Of a DNA stretch of 64,000 nt, positions 13,519-25,904 are shown piece after piece; the stretch's first letter is position 1, and each line of letters starts with the position of its first letter. A program made the translations under genes and the position numbers. The DNA comes from Lama glama (Eukaryota). Below the pieces are notes generated by a model that worked only from the letters and a program-made list of their open reading frames with translations, was not told the DNA's origin and ran no database searches. The DNA lies in contig CM052816.1 in the NCBI GenBank assembly GCA_028534125.1, positions 76,014,001 through 76,078,000 on the forward strand, read 5' to 3'.

Positions 13519-13947
13519 CAAACATATTAAAGAATGAAATTCTGCCACTTGCAACAACATGGATGAGCCTGGAAGCTATGCTTAGTAAAATAAGTCAGAC
13601 AGAAAAAGACAAATACTGTATATTATCACTTATGTATAGAATCTAAAAATAAAACAAATGAATGTAACAAAACTAGAACAGACTCAGATATAGAGAACAA
13701 ACTAGTGGTAACCAGTGAGAAGAGAGAAGGGGGAAAGGGCAAAATAAGGATAAGGGAGTAAAAAGTAAAAACTAACATGTATAAAATAAATAAGCTACAA
13801 GGATATATTGTACATTGCAGGGAATATAACCAAATTTAATAATAGCTTTAAATGGAGTATAATCTATAAATATATTGAATTACTATCTTGTATACCTAAA
13901 ACTAATGTAATATTACAAATCAACTATAACTCAGTAAAAAATTTTTA
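13084..13947 (+). mobile_element. 5'-truncated L1 (first insertion in MER33)
   Basis: ccttacacctgtcagaaaggctatcatcaaaaagac..tgttggggaggatgtggagaaaggg..aaatcaactataactcagtaaaaaa. Confidence 0.93.
13418..13512. repeat. Compound (TG)n/(TA)n microsatellite inside L1
   Basis: Directly visible dinucleotide runs. Confidence 0.95.
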
Positions 13948-13976
13948 TTTTGGTAGCCACGTGAAAATAAGCAAAA

Positions 13977-15025
13977 CACACAGCAAAGGAAACCATAAAA
14001 AAATGAAAAGACAACTTATGGACTAGGAGAAGACATTTGTGAACAATGTGGCCAACAGGGGGCTAACTTCCAAAATACACGAATACATTTCATACAACTC
14101 AGTATCAAAAAACAAACAACCCAATCAAAAAATGGGCAGAAGATATACAGATAGCCAACAGGCACATGAAAAGATCCTCAACATTGCTAATTATTAGAGA
14201 AATGCAAATCAAAACTACAATGAGATATCACCTCACACCAGCCAGAATGGCCATCATCAAAAAAATCTACAAATAATACATACTGGAGAAGGTGTGGAGA
14301 AAAAGGAACCCTCCTACACTGCTGGTGGGAATGTAAATTAGTACAGCCACTATGGAAAATAGTATGGAGGTTCCTTAAAAAACTAAAAATAGAGCTACCA
14401 TATGATCCAGCCATCCCAATCCTGGGCATATATCTGGAAAAGACAAAAACTCATTCAGAAAGATACATGCACCCCAGTGTTTGTAGCAGCACTATTTATA
14501 ATAGCCAAGACATGGAAGCAACCTAAGTGTCTATCAACAGATAAATGGATAAAGAATACAATGGTATATTAGTCAGTCACAAAAAAAGAATGAAATAAGA
14601 ACAAAAAATGAAATAAAAATAAAAAAGAATGCCTTTTGCAGCAACACGGATGAAACTAGAGATTATCATACTAAGTGAACTAAGTCAGACAAAGAAAATA
14701 CATGATATCACTTATATGTGAAATCTAAAAAATCATACAAATGAATTTACTTATAAAACAGAAACAGACCCACAGACATAGAAAACAAACTTACGGTTAC
14801 CAAAGAGAAGAAGGAGTAGGGATAAATTAGGAGTATGAGATTAACAGATACATACTACAATAAAATAGATAAATACCAAGAATTTACTGTATAGTACACA
14901 GAACTATAATCAATATCTTACAATACCTGTAATTGAAAAGAACCTGAAAAAAAATAAATATAACTGAATCACTTTACCCTTGAAACTAACACAATATTGT
15001 AAATCAACTATACTTCAATAAAAAA
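13977..15025 (+). mobile_element. 5'-truncated L1 (second insertion)
   Basis: cacagcaaaggaaaccat..aatgaaaagacaac..aaatcaactatacttcaataaaaaa; flanked by perfect 14-bp repeat gaaaataagcaaaa (13963-13976 / 15026-15039). Confidence 0.95.
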
Positions 15026-15276
15026 GAAAATAAGCAAAATAAAATAAGCACAGCTAATATTAATAATATAGTTAACTTAGCCCTATATATCCAAAATATT
15101 TCCACATGCCTTTAATATAAAAATTATTAATAGTGTATTTTTACATTATTTTTAAAGCCCTTGAAATCTGGTACATAATTTGCATGTACAGCATATTTTA
15201 ATTAAGGCTAGCCACATTTTGAGTGCTCAATAGCTTCAAAATGTGGCCAGTGGCTACTATATTGGGGTTTAGTATA

Positions 15277-15440
15277 CAGCAGAATCACCTTGAGGGGTGG
15301 TTAAAATATAGACTGCTAACCCCACCCCCAGAGCTTCTGACTCAGTAGAACTGGGATGGGGTTGAGAATTTATGTTTGTAACAAGTTTTTAGGCGATGCT
15401 GAAGTTGCTGATCTGGTGACCACACTTTGAGAACCACCAA
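15277..15440. mobile_element. MER5A MITE
   Basis: cagaatcacct..cccacccccagagcttctgactcagtag..taacaagtttttaggcgatgctg..gaccacactttgagaaccac. Confidence 0.85.
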
Positions 15441-15462
15441 TGTAGAGAAACCCTAATGCCTT

Positions 15463-15595
15463 TGTTATTAAAAAATGTGGTTTGCGGATCAGCAGCAGAC
15501 CTTGGAGCCTCTTAAGAGATGCATAATCCCTGGTCACACCCTTGACCAATTAAACTGGAACCTGCATTTTGACAAGAATGCACAGTAACATGAGA
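15463..15595. mobile_element. MER5A/MER5A1-like MITE fragment
   Basis: aatgtggtttgcggatcagcagca..ttaagagatgcataatc..aacctgcattttgacaag. Confidence 0.6.
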
Positions 15596-18500
15596 CTTCC
15601 CTGAGTAAAGCCTCCCCTGAGTCTCTATTGCAGTGGCCTATTTGTTTCTTTATTGGAACTTTTCTCAGTACTTTTTCTCTATTTTTCTTACTTGACTAAA
15701 GAGTGTAGGACTTTTTCTTTTTTTTTCTTCCTTCTGTTAACCATTCTCCATCTAGGACCTAATACAATGTGTAGAACATAATAGGCACTTAAATATCTAC
15801 GGAATTAACAATCCTATAAGAGAAGAGACAGCTGGGAACAGTGATTAGGTATATTCTTTAGAAATTTGAATATGAATATGTTTGGAGATGAGTTGAATAC
15901 TGGGGTTCAGAAGCTGACTGCGTGGTTTCCACTGCCTAGAAGGTGGAATGGTCCTTCCTGTGAGTTTTACCTGTACTCAAGGAATGTGAGTGATTCACCT
16001 TAAAGAATTGCTTTATTGGGAAGCTTGTAAGATTCTTCTTCCTGGCAAAGTGGGGCCACATTCTCTTCCTTTTAGAGGAATGGAAATGCTCTACCTGTTT
16101 GTGATGTCACACAGCACCCAGGAGGTGTTCCATCCTTCAGGGCTGCAAGTGCTTCTTAAGTATCAGTGACTACAGAGGCTTCCTCACATTCTGCAGCCAG
16201 TTGGCATTCCAAAGGCATCACGTTTGAACTGACTCAGTTCTAAATCACCAGAGGCCTGATTACAGAGTGGAAATTTGGTTTCCAAAGGGAATTACTGATG
16301 TTACATTGCCTGGCTAAAATATATATTTTTTCCACATATAAAAATAGTCTCTTCACTCTTGGATCAGGTTCATTTTTTAAAATGTGCTTTTAATAATGGA
16401 AAATAGTTTCTCCATACTTCTTTTGGGAGAAGAGAGTGAACCTTTTTTCCCTCCTCTCTTGAGATTTAGTATTGTCTGAATTAACCGTTGGCTTTAACTG
16501 TGTATCTCCATGTGCACAAACAATTTGTGTGTAGGCAGAAAGATGAAGTAATTCAGTGGTTACTTTTCAGAGGAGGGAAAAATTTAAAAAAGCAGAAATG
16601 AACAACAATTTCGTAATAATCTTTGCAACCTACTTCATTACCCTTTTTCTCACTCAGCTCCCTCCTCCTCTTGCCAGGCTTTTGAAAAAAGTTGAGTCTA
16701 TGTAAGAGTGAAATGTGTATTCTGTGTTTTCTGGGAGGATTTAGATGAAAAACAATGGCATTGACCACATTATTGAGCTTGGTTCGAACAGGGCAATGGT
16801 TGCCTAGAGGTGAAAGCAAGGTGGAGTGACAGCTGGCAGAGATAACATCCCTTCTTTGGTAACCTTGCTGTCCTAGGGATGAACTGCCGTGTTTTGTAGT
16901 TGAAGGCTGCATACTTTTAAGAATATGTAATTTGTTCTTTATTTGTTTTTAATTATTTCTCTGTTAAATACAAAAGGGGACCGATGAGGGGAGATTTGTA
17001 CCATATAATTACAGACACATAGTGAGTGAATGCTTCATAGGGAAGGCTTGCCTGTGATTATGATGAAAACAACTACTTAATCTCTGAAGAACTGTATCAG
17101 GGAGGTGAGGAAGTGTAGGTGAGGTTTGTTCCAATTCACTCAATGAATTTGGCAGGTTTGGAAACAGGCCATTACTCCAGACTTCCTCATGGTTTAATGG
17201 GAATAACTTTGCTTACGAAGCTTCTGAGAAAAATTGCCTGGTGCATCGCTCATGATGAGAAGATAAGTAATTCTGCCCCAACGCTTTTTGCTCTGGCATC
17301 CGTAGTGTAGTCAGTCATCAGGGGAAACACCTTTGCCCTGGGTATTTGGGTGAGTGTGAAAACCCCTTGTCCAGACTCTGCTCTACTTGTTAATCAGAGA
17401 GCACAAAAGTCCTATTAGCCAGTGATGACCTCAAGGATGGAGTACTGGACTAGAGCAAGGGCTGGTGGTTATGCAGGGGAAATAGAAAATGAAAATAAAG
17501 GGAACCTTACAGATTCACAAAGCAGGGAGATCAGCACACTAGTTACAAAGGCCTTTAGGAGAGGAGAATAAAGACTAAATTGAAAGAAGCCCTAAAAACT
17601 CAGGTGCTGATAGTGTTTAGCAGGAAAAATATGGTAAAGGCAACATTATTTGAGATTGTGCTGCCTCTGTACCTGAGTTCATTCATCTCCATGGTAATCC
17701 TCCAAGACACATTGCACAGCTGTTCTTCCCATTAAGTAGGTGAGGAAGCTGAGGCATGAGATATTTAGTGACATAAGCGACTCACTGGCTCACTAAGAGT
17801 TGGAAGATAAAGCAAGAATATGAACTTCAACTCTGATTTTTCTTTGAAAGCTCCTCTGGGATCTCTTCTAGTGTGTGCTGTTATGAGTAGTTGTCAGCAT
17901 TTAAGAGCATCTCACAACCATTCCCACAAAAAAACACGATCGAGGAGGAGAGTTGTGATGTTCAGCGTTTATCCGTCTGTCCCTTTCCTTTCAAAGCAGG
18001 GCAATAGACTGACTTCATGGCTTAGGCCTTAGCTGCCTTTTTATCTCAGATCATCAGTACACAGGTTTCACTGTGAAGTGAAACAGGCATGATTGCTTCA
18101 TGCAAGGACTCTGCAGTTTAACTGCTTTGTGGATTTGTCTTCTGTATATGTGGACCTCTTGTTAACCCTTTAGTATCTGGCAACCATACTCACTTCAAAA
18201 TATATTTCTATTATTAATAAAATACCATTACTTATTCTTCAATCTTCAAAATACACCAAAAGCGATAATTTGGAAAAAAGGTAAAGTCTGTTAGAGCTGA
18301 AATTCATCCTATGATCAGGCTGAGAGCAAGGTGGACAATACTGCATTTATGTGTTTGAAGGAAGTGCCATTGTTTGCTAAAAGAAATTGATGTTTTTGAA
18401 GCTTCTGTGAAACAGGTTGATCTCTAGATTGCATATTTCATTACACACAGGTTTTTTGCTTTGGTTATTAATAGTTGGGGAGATGTTTAAAGGGCTAAAC

Positions 18501-19236
18501 AGCAACAAACCTTTAGCACATAGTCTGCCCATCCACCAGTAACATTCACCCCAGGTCACCCTGCAGGCATCTGTTCCTCCTCTTTCAGTCAACCTTCAAG
18601 ATAGAGGCTGTTTCCCAAATATTCTTAATTTCCTCATTCACAATCTATCAACAAATTTATCTTAAATCAACTGATGTTTTCAGCCTGATAGTTTCAGCAC
18701 CTCTAGGGATAACAAGATCTGGATGTTTACCACCTTCTAACTAAAGCAGTATTTTACAATTGAATTTGCAGTTTTATTTGATTGGATTCTCTAAGCAATT
18801 CAGTCTGACTCTTAAGCTGGTTACAGAGCATTTGGATCTGGTTCTGTGAGGGCGCTATGAGAGGACCTATCCAGCTGGTTGTGACTCCCAGGTAAGAAAT
18901 GTTCTGAGGTAATACAGTGCGTGTGTAGTTGTGCTCTCCACCTGGGAGTCTTTATGGGATGGTCATAAACAGGTACATAGATGGCCTGCTCGGGTCGTCT
19001 TAGTCATGGACCCTTTACATAAACATAACAAACATGGTATTGAATACCTAGTTGTCCATAAGTAATGTTTTCCATGACCACACCTTCCAGGAGCCTAATA
19101 TAGCAAAGCTTTAAAAAGAAATAGTTACCAGATTATGACTTTAAGTGACTCATTGCTTTTTCCTCACCTTTGAGAATACAAGTTTGAAGAATTTTCAAGA
19201 AGGGGTAATTTGTTGATCATAAAGTAACTAAGATGA

Positions 19237-19414
19237 AATAGATAAACAACAGTGTCCTGTTGCATAGCACAGGAAACTATGTTCGGTTTTCTTGTAATAG
19301 CCTATAATGAAAAAAAATATGAAAAGGAATATGTGTATGTATAACTGAGTCATTATGCTGTACAACAGAAACTAACACAACATTGTAAGTCTGCTATACT
19401 TAAGTTAAAAAAAA
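19237..19414 (+). mobile_element. Short L1 3' end
   Basis: aaatagataaacaac..gcatagcacaggaaactat..ataactgagtcattatgctgtacaacagaaactaacacaacattgtaa..A tail. Confidence 0.9.
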
Positions 19415-20745
19415 TGATTTAGAAAAATAATTCATTATATTGGAAATCTCAAATGTTTGCATCTCAAATAGTTTTATAGATTATATTGCACATAGCATCA
19501 GCTTAGTCTCATATTTTACACAGACTTCTGGGAGGAAGGAAGCTACGTGTCCGGGAAACATATGACATGAGTCATTTGTAATAATGATAATGGTACAGAT
19601 GTGCTTTTCTGTATGATAAAATTGGTGATGGGGGTTAGAGTTTGAGTATTCTCTCTTGTGTCCCCCAAATTTCATTGCATAGTGTGGAGTTTCCTAAACT
19701 GATTGTAAGGATCATCTGGGGTACTTATTACATATGTGAGTCTCCCCGCAGACAACAGAATTGGAATTTCCAATGGTAGGGCTTGGGGATGTGTGTTTTT
19801 AAATAAGAACCTTAGATTATTCTTCTGATTGTGCAAGTTTGGGAACTTCTACCTTGATGGAAACTGTAAGAAGCTTCTAGGCTCTCCATAATTACAGCCA
19901 ACACTTTCATCACATTTTGACTTTTTTTACTTTGCTCATTTGTTTTTTCTCCTTTCTGTGGTTTCTTTAGTTTCTTTGAGAAATAATTGGCATACATCAC
20001 TGTAATTTTTCAAGTACATCTATCTTAGTTTATTCTGTAAGATCGACAGGGCAAAATACTACTTTACAGATATGATATCATCAACCTACTTAACTAAGCC
20101 AGCAAGTCTTAAAGTTTTGGTTGATAACAATAGCACTTAAACATTTTGGAGTGATGAAGATTGGTTAACTACTTCCTCATTTGTGATGAAAGCCATTTCA
20201 GATAATAACCTGCAACATATACTGCTAGACGTTTGTTAAAGAAGTAGGCACAAAATGGGGCTGTTAAGTCTGATGAAAATGTAGTGCACTATCTGTCACT
20301 ATTTTTTGAGGCTCTTTAACCACATTTCATAAGAAAAGTACACTTGAAGCACACAGAGCAACATTCAGGGGTTGGATTTTGTGCCCTTCTAAACTACTGG
20401 CTGGACACTGACTGATTTGTGACTGTGGCTCAGTTGCTATCCCTATGAAACTTGGGGTAGAGGATTCTTATACCCTATTAAGGCAAAGGTGGAGAATATC
20501 TCTAAAATATTTTAGCCAGTTCACATGTCTTGAATGCTGTTAATTTCATGATTAAGGAAGCCCAATTCTAATATTCTTCATGCTAGTTTTCAAGTTACTA
20601 GAAGAGCCTTTTATAATATTCAAAACATGCTGTTTCTTTGGCTGGACCACTTTTATTCTATGCTACTGGGTAAGTCCTATTTATTCCTTAATATGTCAAT
20701 TCAAGCACCAACTCTTTTTCAAAGTATTCCCTGGTCCAGTAGGAT

Positions 20746-20907
20746 ATTGCTACTCAAGGTCTGGTCGGTGGACCAGCATCATCAGCATCACTTGGGAGCT
20801 TGTTAGAAATGCAGATTCTAAGACCCACTCAAGACCTACTGACCCAGAGTCTTCATTTTAATGAGATTTCTGATGCATTGGAAGCACAATAAAGTTTGAG
20901 AAACACT
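20746..20907. mobile_element. MER5A1 MITE
   Basis: gctactcaagg..ggaccagcatcatcagcatcacttgggagcttgttagaaatgcagatt..taaagtttgagaaacact. Confidence 0.85.
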
Positions 20908-22379
20908 ATTATAGAAGTTAGGTGCTCCTCATTTGTGCCTCCTTATATAGTATAAAACTGTGATCATGGCTCTGTTAGAACACTTACCACATTAAATTGC
21001 GTAATTAATATTTGCCTATTCTTCCAGGTTAGTCATCATATTGTATTCATTTCTGCACTTCTGTCACCTGGCACATATTGAATGTTTAATTCATGTTGAG
21101 TGAGTAATAAGAAAACTTGCCTGAGGCAAAATTAGTTGTTGAGATCTACATGCAGATGTTTTAGATTTCATCTGACTTATGTGTTCTCATACATCCAAAA
21201 TCAGAATGAATAGAAGACAGGTATTAAGCAGCTTTCCAGGGCTGTAGTTAAGAAAGAACTGGATGTTGAACATAGGAACCAGACAGTGGTGGCATGATGG
21301 GAAATTCACAGAGAAGGATTTGGTATTTAGATATGTGAATGGTCAAAGAGAAAGGGCAGAGTCACCTAAAAGGGCCATGTGTGCCAGGGATTCTGACTAC
21401 TTTTTCTGTACCAAACCACACAAAAGATTAGACAGACACATTTCCAGCTCTAAAAATGGCTAACATATTTTCATTGGGACTTTTCCTTCAACTGTGTCAC
21501 TCTGCTATAACCCATACCCCTTCTTTCTTTTTGGACTCACTAAGACAAATGGTAGGGTCAATGTCTGGTGTTTTGAGTGGGACAGGAGGGCACCGAGAGA
21601 CAAAAGGTACCAAGAGGACATCCTGAGTTTAAAATCAGATGTTTGAAATGGGTAGATAGATTCAAATATCTAATTTGGAAGGTTAGATCTAGGTGTCTAG
21701 GAAATCAGCATTGGGTAGGAAAGAGCAGATAATAAAAAATCCCATTAAAGTGAGGACTGGTTCAAATCCAGGGATCCAGGCACTTAACACCTAGGCAGTT
21801 CTTGTTCTACATCTTTCTCTCTCAACCACGTCTCTTTTGGGGTTAACTAAAGACCTAGTAGTGTTTAACGGTGGTGAGAGAGTTTGGGGTTAGTATTACC
21901 ATGGGAGCACACAACAGTTTTCATACCTACCCAGAATCCAGCGGTTAGAGGTAGAATAATGACCAATCTGTTATTAAGAAAATATTTTTCTTCCTTTACT
22001 TTGGTTGGTCCTTAGGGGCAATTATCACAAACCTGGGGTGAGGGAGAATGTTTAGAGTGAGGAAGAAGTTTCAAAGCTAGTCAGGGCTTTTGGCGGAAGG
22101 CAAGAAATTGACTATAGATTGCCTAGGGAAGCCAGCAGGTGATGTACAGACTGAAACTGAGGTGGAGCAAACAGTGATGTCATGAAAAGCAAATGTCTTG
22201 TTTGAAGGATCAGCTCCAGTTGGTAGTATCAAGTGGGAATATGAACATCCGTCTCCTGGGTCTTATGGGTCCCTTTTGTCCTTTTAAAAACCACAAAGAC
22301 TAGGATAGAAACCAAAGAAAGGGAAACAAGAAGCCCTAGTTATTTAGGGCTTGTTGTAGTCGAAATGAAATCAGTCATC

Positions 22380-22740
22380 TCACTGCAGCCACCTTCTAAC
22401 TCACCAAAATCAAAAGCAAACAGGCACAGGTGAAATCAGATGAAAGGCAAAAACAACTGCCCCAAACCTCAGCTTCTCTCTCTGAGTCTCCATGGATGGC
22501 ATTGATCACCTACAGAGTTGTTCAACTAAGAAATCTGCCCATCTTTTTAGACTCTTTTTCCTCCCTCAGTCTTTACATCTTAATGACTATGCAGGGCCAA
22601 TAGCTTTCACCCCTAAACAACCTGCAGTACATCTCCTCTCTCCATCTCTATAGCCATTGCCCTACATCAGGTTCTGTTGTATTCACCTGGATTATTCCAA
22701 AGGTTTCCTTTTTTGGTATTCCTAACTGATTTCCCAAGGA
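22380..22740 (+). mobile_element. L2 fragment
   Basis: ggatggcattgatcacctacagagttgttcaactaagaaatctg..ctctttttcctccctc..cacctggattattccaaaggtttcct. Confidence 0.55.
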
Positions 22741-23439
22741 AACAACACAGACTCCATACATTTTCTTCAGGATTAGGTCTGTAGCTAGGGCTTGTGTCTG
22801 AAATCCATGGGTAGGGCTGAGCAGATCCTTCTCACTTGGGCTGGGTAAGGCAAGAGCCCAGTGGGTGGGTCTGCTGGAGCAATTTCCAATTCCAGAATTA
22901 GAATAAAGAAGCACACAGATGAGTGCTGTCTTGGAAGTCTCTGCTTCCCCTTCCAGTATCCATGGGTTAGTGCTGACAGTGTATTCACTTAGTTATGGAA
23001 GTAGGACCATGGATTAGGCAAGTTTCTGAAAAATATACAATAATGAGATGAGTTGGATCAGGCAATGATTGTTTTACACCATATGTTTCAGAAAATCCCA
23101 ATGGCTTATGAAAAACTTAAATGTCCTTTTGTTAGGTGGCTTTGAGGTCCACTGATCAAATAAGTAGTTTTAGATAAAACATAGAATTGGGGAGAACGTG
23201 TTCTTCTCAAGGTTAGGCCATCCTCTGGCTTGAAAGGTTAACCTGAGAAGTACCTCTTGGAGGCCTATATCTTCCAAGTCTGATTTAGAGATGTCCCAGC
23301 AGGACTGCAGTCACTGACACTACTTTTCCTAATGCTAACATGAAGGAATGAGTGATTAAAAAATATTAGCTAGAATCTATCAAAGAATGTAAAAAAAAGG
23401 ACTCAGACTGGTAAATGTCTACTAACTTGTTTTTAGCTA

Positions 23440-23660
23440 GAAGGCCATAGAGTTAGACTGCTAACTTACTAGCTGTGAGATCTCAGAGAAGCAAGTAGCT
23501 TCATTATAGGGTTATTCATTATAACCCTAATCCCCTCATTTGTACAATGGGGAAAATAACATCACCTACCCTAAACTTGTGGTTAAAAATCAGTAAGAAG
23601 GTACCTAAATATCTTAGCAAAATAGCTAGCATATAATAGGCAATTGATGAATTATAACAT
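23440..23660 (+). mobile_element. MIR SINE
   Basis: acttactagctgtgagatct..cctcatttgtacaatggggaaaataacatcacctacc.. Confidence 0.7.
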
Positions 23661-23732
23661 CATTATACTTACTCCTCAATGAAAGTTTATCCCCACCTCT
23701 ACCTGAATTGGTGTAAAATCATTTTATATATA

Positions 23733-23824
23733 TAGTCATGCTTTAATATTCATAGAGGACTGGTTTTAGAACCCCTGCAGATACTAAAATCAGCAGATAT
23801 TCTAGTTCCTTATATAAAATGGCT
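23733..23824 (+). mobile_element. MER2 (TcMar-Tigger) terminal fragment
   Basis: tagtcatgc..gaggactggttttagaacccctgcagatactaaaatc..gttccttatataaaatggc, preceded by a TA run. Confidence 0.7.
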
Positions 23825-24653
23825 GAGAGCCTTTGTATAACTTATCTTTTTCAACCAGAAAGTTTTCCTCCTACAGGTAACCAGTGTCACCAGATTCTTG
23901 AATATCCTGCCAGAGAGAACTGATGCATCTGCAAGCACAAGCAAAAAGTCATTCCCCCCTCAACTGCTCTAAACAGTGTTTTCAAATCTGAATTTCCCAT
24001 CTGTACTGATACAAAGGATTATTATTGTTTTTCATAAAGACCTGAGGTCCTGCCGCTTTGATACATGTATGTTTATTGTAATTTTTCTAAGATCATATCT
24101 AAAATTTATCTTCCATCTAGGCTGCAACTCTGTAGGACATATTTTATGGTTCTAGTATTTCTGCCAAACATTACCTTGTTGTATATTGAATTTATGTGGC
24201 AGTTCAATACGGTTAGGCTTGGATGACAGAGAACTTTCTGTGCTTAATTAAATTGACTGGGTACATGTGCACCCTGATGCAAATATATTTTCCTTACAAA
24301 GAATATTCTGCCCTTTGCAAGTCATAGGAAGCCTGAAATGAGCTCTGGTTTTTTAATGAGTTTCAAAAAGTTGTCCCTGAAATAAGGCAGCAAAATACCA
24401 CGGTGGAATTGCAGTTCTGAAAAAAGTTTTAGGAACATCCTTCTTCTCTAGTCACTCTTTCCAGAATAAATATAATATTTCCAAACTATAGAGAGGTACC
24501 GACTGTTGAGAAGTTAACAACAAACAGCAGCTTCCAAAAGAAAAAGTTATTAGGAGAGTGGGAAAGCCTAATTGTTCCTTTTAAAACACCCCTCACAAGG
24601 CCACTTTCACCTTGCAAGCAGACTTTGCTATAGGAATATGAAGTCTTGAAAAC

Positions 24654-24970
24654 TGTAGTGAATTCTTTAGATGCCCCATCTAGACCCTGTTACCAGCTGG
24701 TGCACTCCCCACTTCCACCCTGGGTTCTTGAGTTGCAGCTAGGGCTTGCTGCTACCTGCTACTCTGGAGAAGTGCCCTCAGTCAAACAGAAACCATGTTA
24801 TAGGAGGTTATAGCAAGCCCCACGGATCATACCTTAGCCAAGGACGGATTGCAGCAGGGATTCTTAAAGCCAGTCTTCTTGCCCGAAGGTGGGATAACTC
24901 TATGACCTACTCAGGCTCCTGCACTTACTGTGGGATCAGACTGAAGCTAGGCTCCAGCTGAGACTTCATC
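24654..24970 (+). mobile_element. LTR16-type (ERVL) LTR fragment
   Basis: Starts TG; ctggagaagtgccctcag..cttcttgcccgaaggtgggataactctatg..tgtgggatcagactgaagctaggctccagctgagac. Confidence 0.7.
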
Positions 24971-25904
24971 ACTGTTTAAACATGGAGAGGAACTACTGCA
25001 GAAGTGGGGTCGGGGGTGGGCAGACGTTACAGACCTCACTTATATGGGATGGGTTTGAAACCATCGTGGCAAAGATCTACTGAGAAACAGTGAAAGGAAT
25101 GCTCCCTACCCATTTGCTTCTGCCTCAACCTTCCTATTTCTGTTGCAGAGAGCCAGTTTTCAAGCTGATCCTAGCAGAGCCCGCTGCCTCAGAGGTTAGG
25201 TACAGTCCACACAATTGCTGAAGTTGTTCCTTGCAACTTAGAATCTTGTTGATTTTTTTTCTGTGCATATATGACTCAAGGTCACTGATAGAGCCAAAAT
25301 ACTGTTTTTTTTCCTCTTCTGTTCTTTACTTTTATCTAAAATTCAATAAGAGGAATAGATAGAAGGAGTCACCAGAAGCAGTAGGAAGACAGGAGCACCT
25401 GTTTCCTTCGTAGTCTTTCAAGGTTCTCACTTTCTTCTCACAAGCAGACTGGATTCTCATGTTTCAGTCCAGTGCTATTTATATGCCCTTTTAAAGCAAT
25501 AACTTCTAGAGCTATGGGAAGGAAGTACAGGTAAATAAGTTTTAACCAACTTGGTCAAATTCAATAATTTGGCCCAGCTTTAGAAACAGCCTATTTCCTG
25601 ACTCCCCCAATATTCAGGCAACTCTAGACCTTAAAAAGAGGGTGGATAAATATTTTTAGCATTTAATAAAACCATGGAAAACAGAAAAAAGGTCATTCAA
25701 CCTGACAGAGTAATCTATCAGTTGAAAATGAGTCAAAGTCATATGATCATTTGTTAAAGAAACTCAGAACTGCATGAGCTCACCTTCTTCAGCCTTGTAA
25801 CTTTGTAGAGGAGAAAACTAAGAGAGGGTGAGTGACTTGCTCCACAGCTCTACAGGGAAAAGCTAGGGCTAGAGTGCAAATCTCTCAATAATGCTTCTTA
25901 ACTG

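Larger units (their letters stand above)
12999..15266 (+). mobile_element. MER33-type hAT MITE split by two L1 insertions (own sequence 12999-13083 and 15045-15266)
   Basis: 5' cagcactgcctagtagaa..ttttagtagccacat; 3' ctagccacattttgagtgctcaatagc..atgtggccagtggctactatattgg; candidate 8-bp hAT TSD gtttagtg (12991-12998) / gtttagta (15267-15274). Confidence 0.8.

Noticed and set aside
18826..18897. Exon-like unit ending in strong donor CAG|gtaaga
   Set aside because: Weak acceptor, unrecognisable peptide and no partner exons.
23507..23529. Perfect 9-bp hairpin tagggttat-tcatt-ataacccta
   Set aside because: Short, lies inside a MIR; consistent with chance or a local template-switch event, with no sign of an RNA gene.
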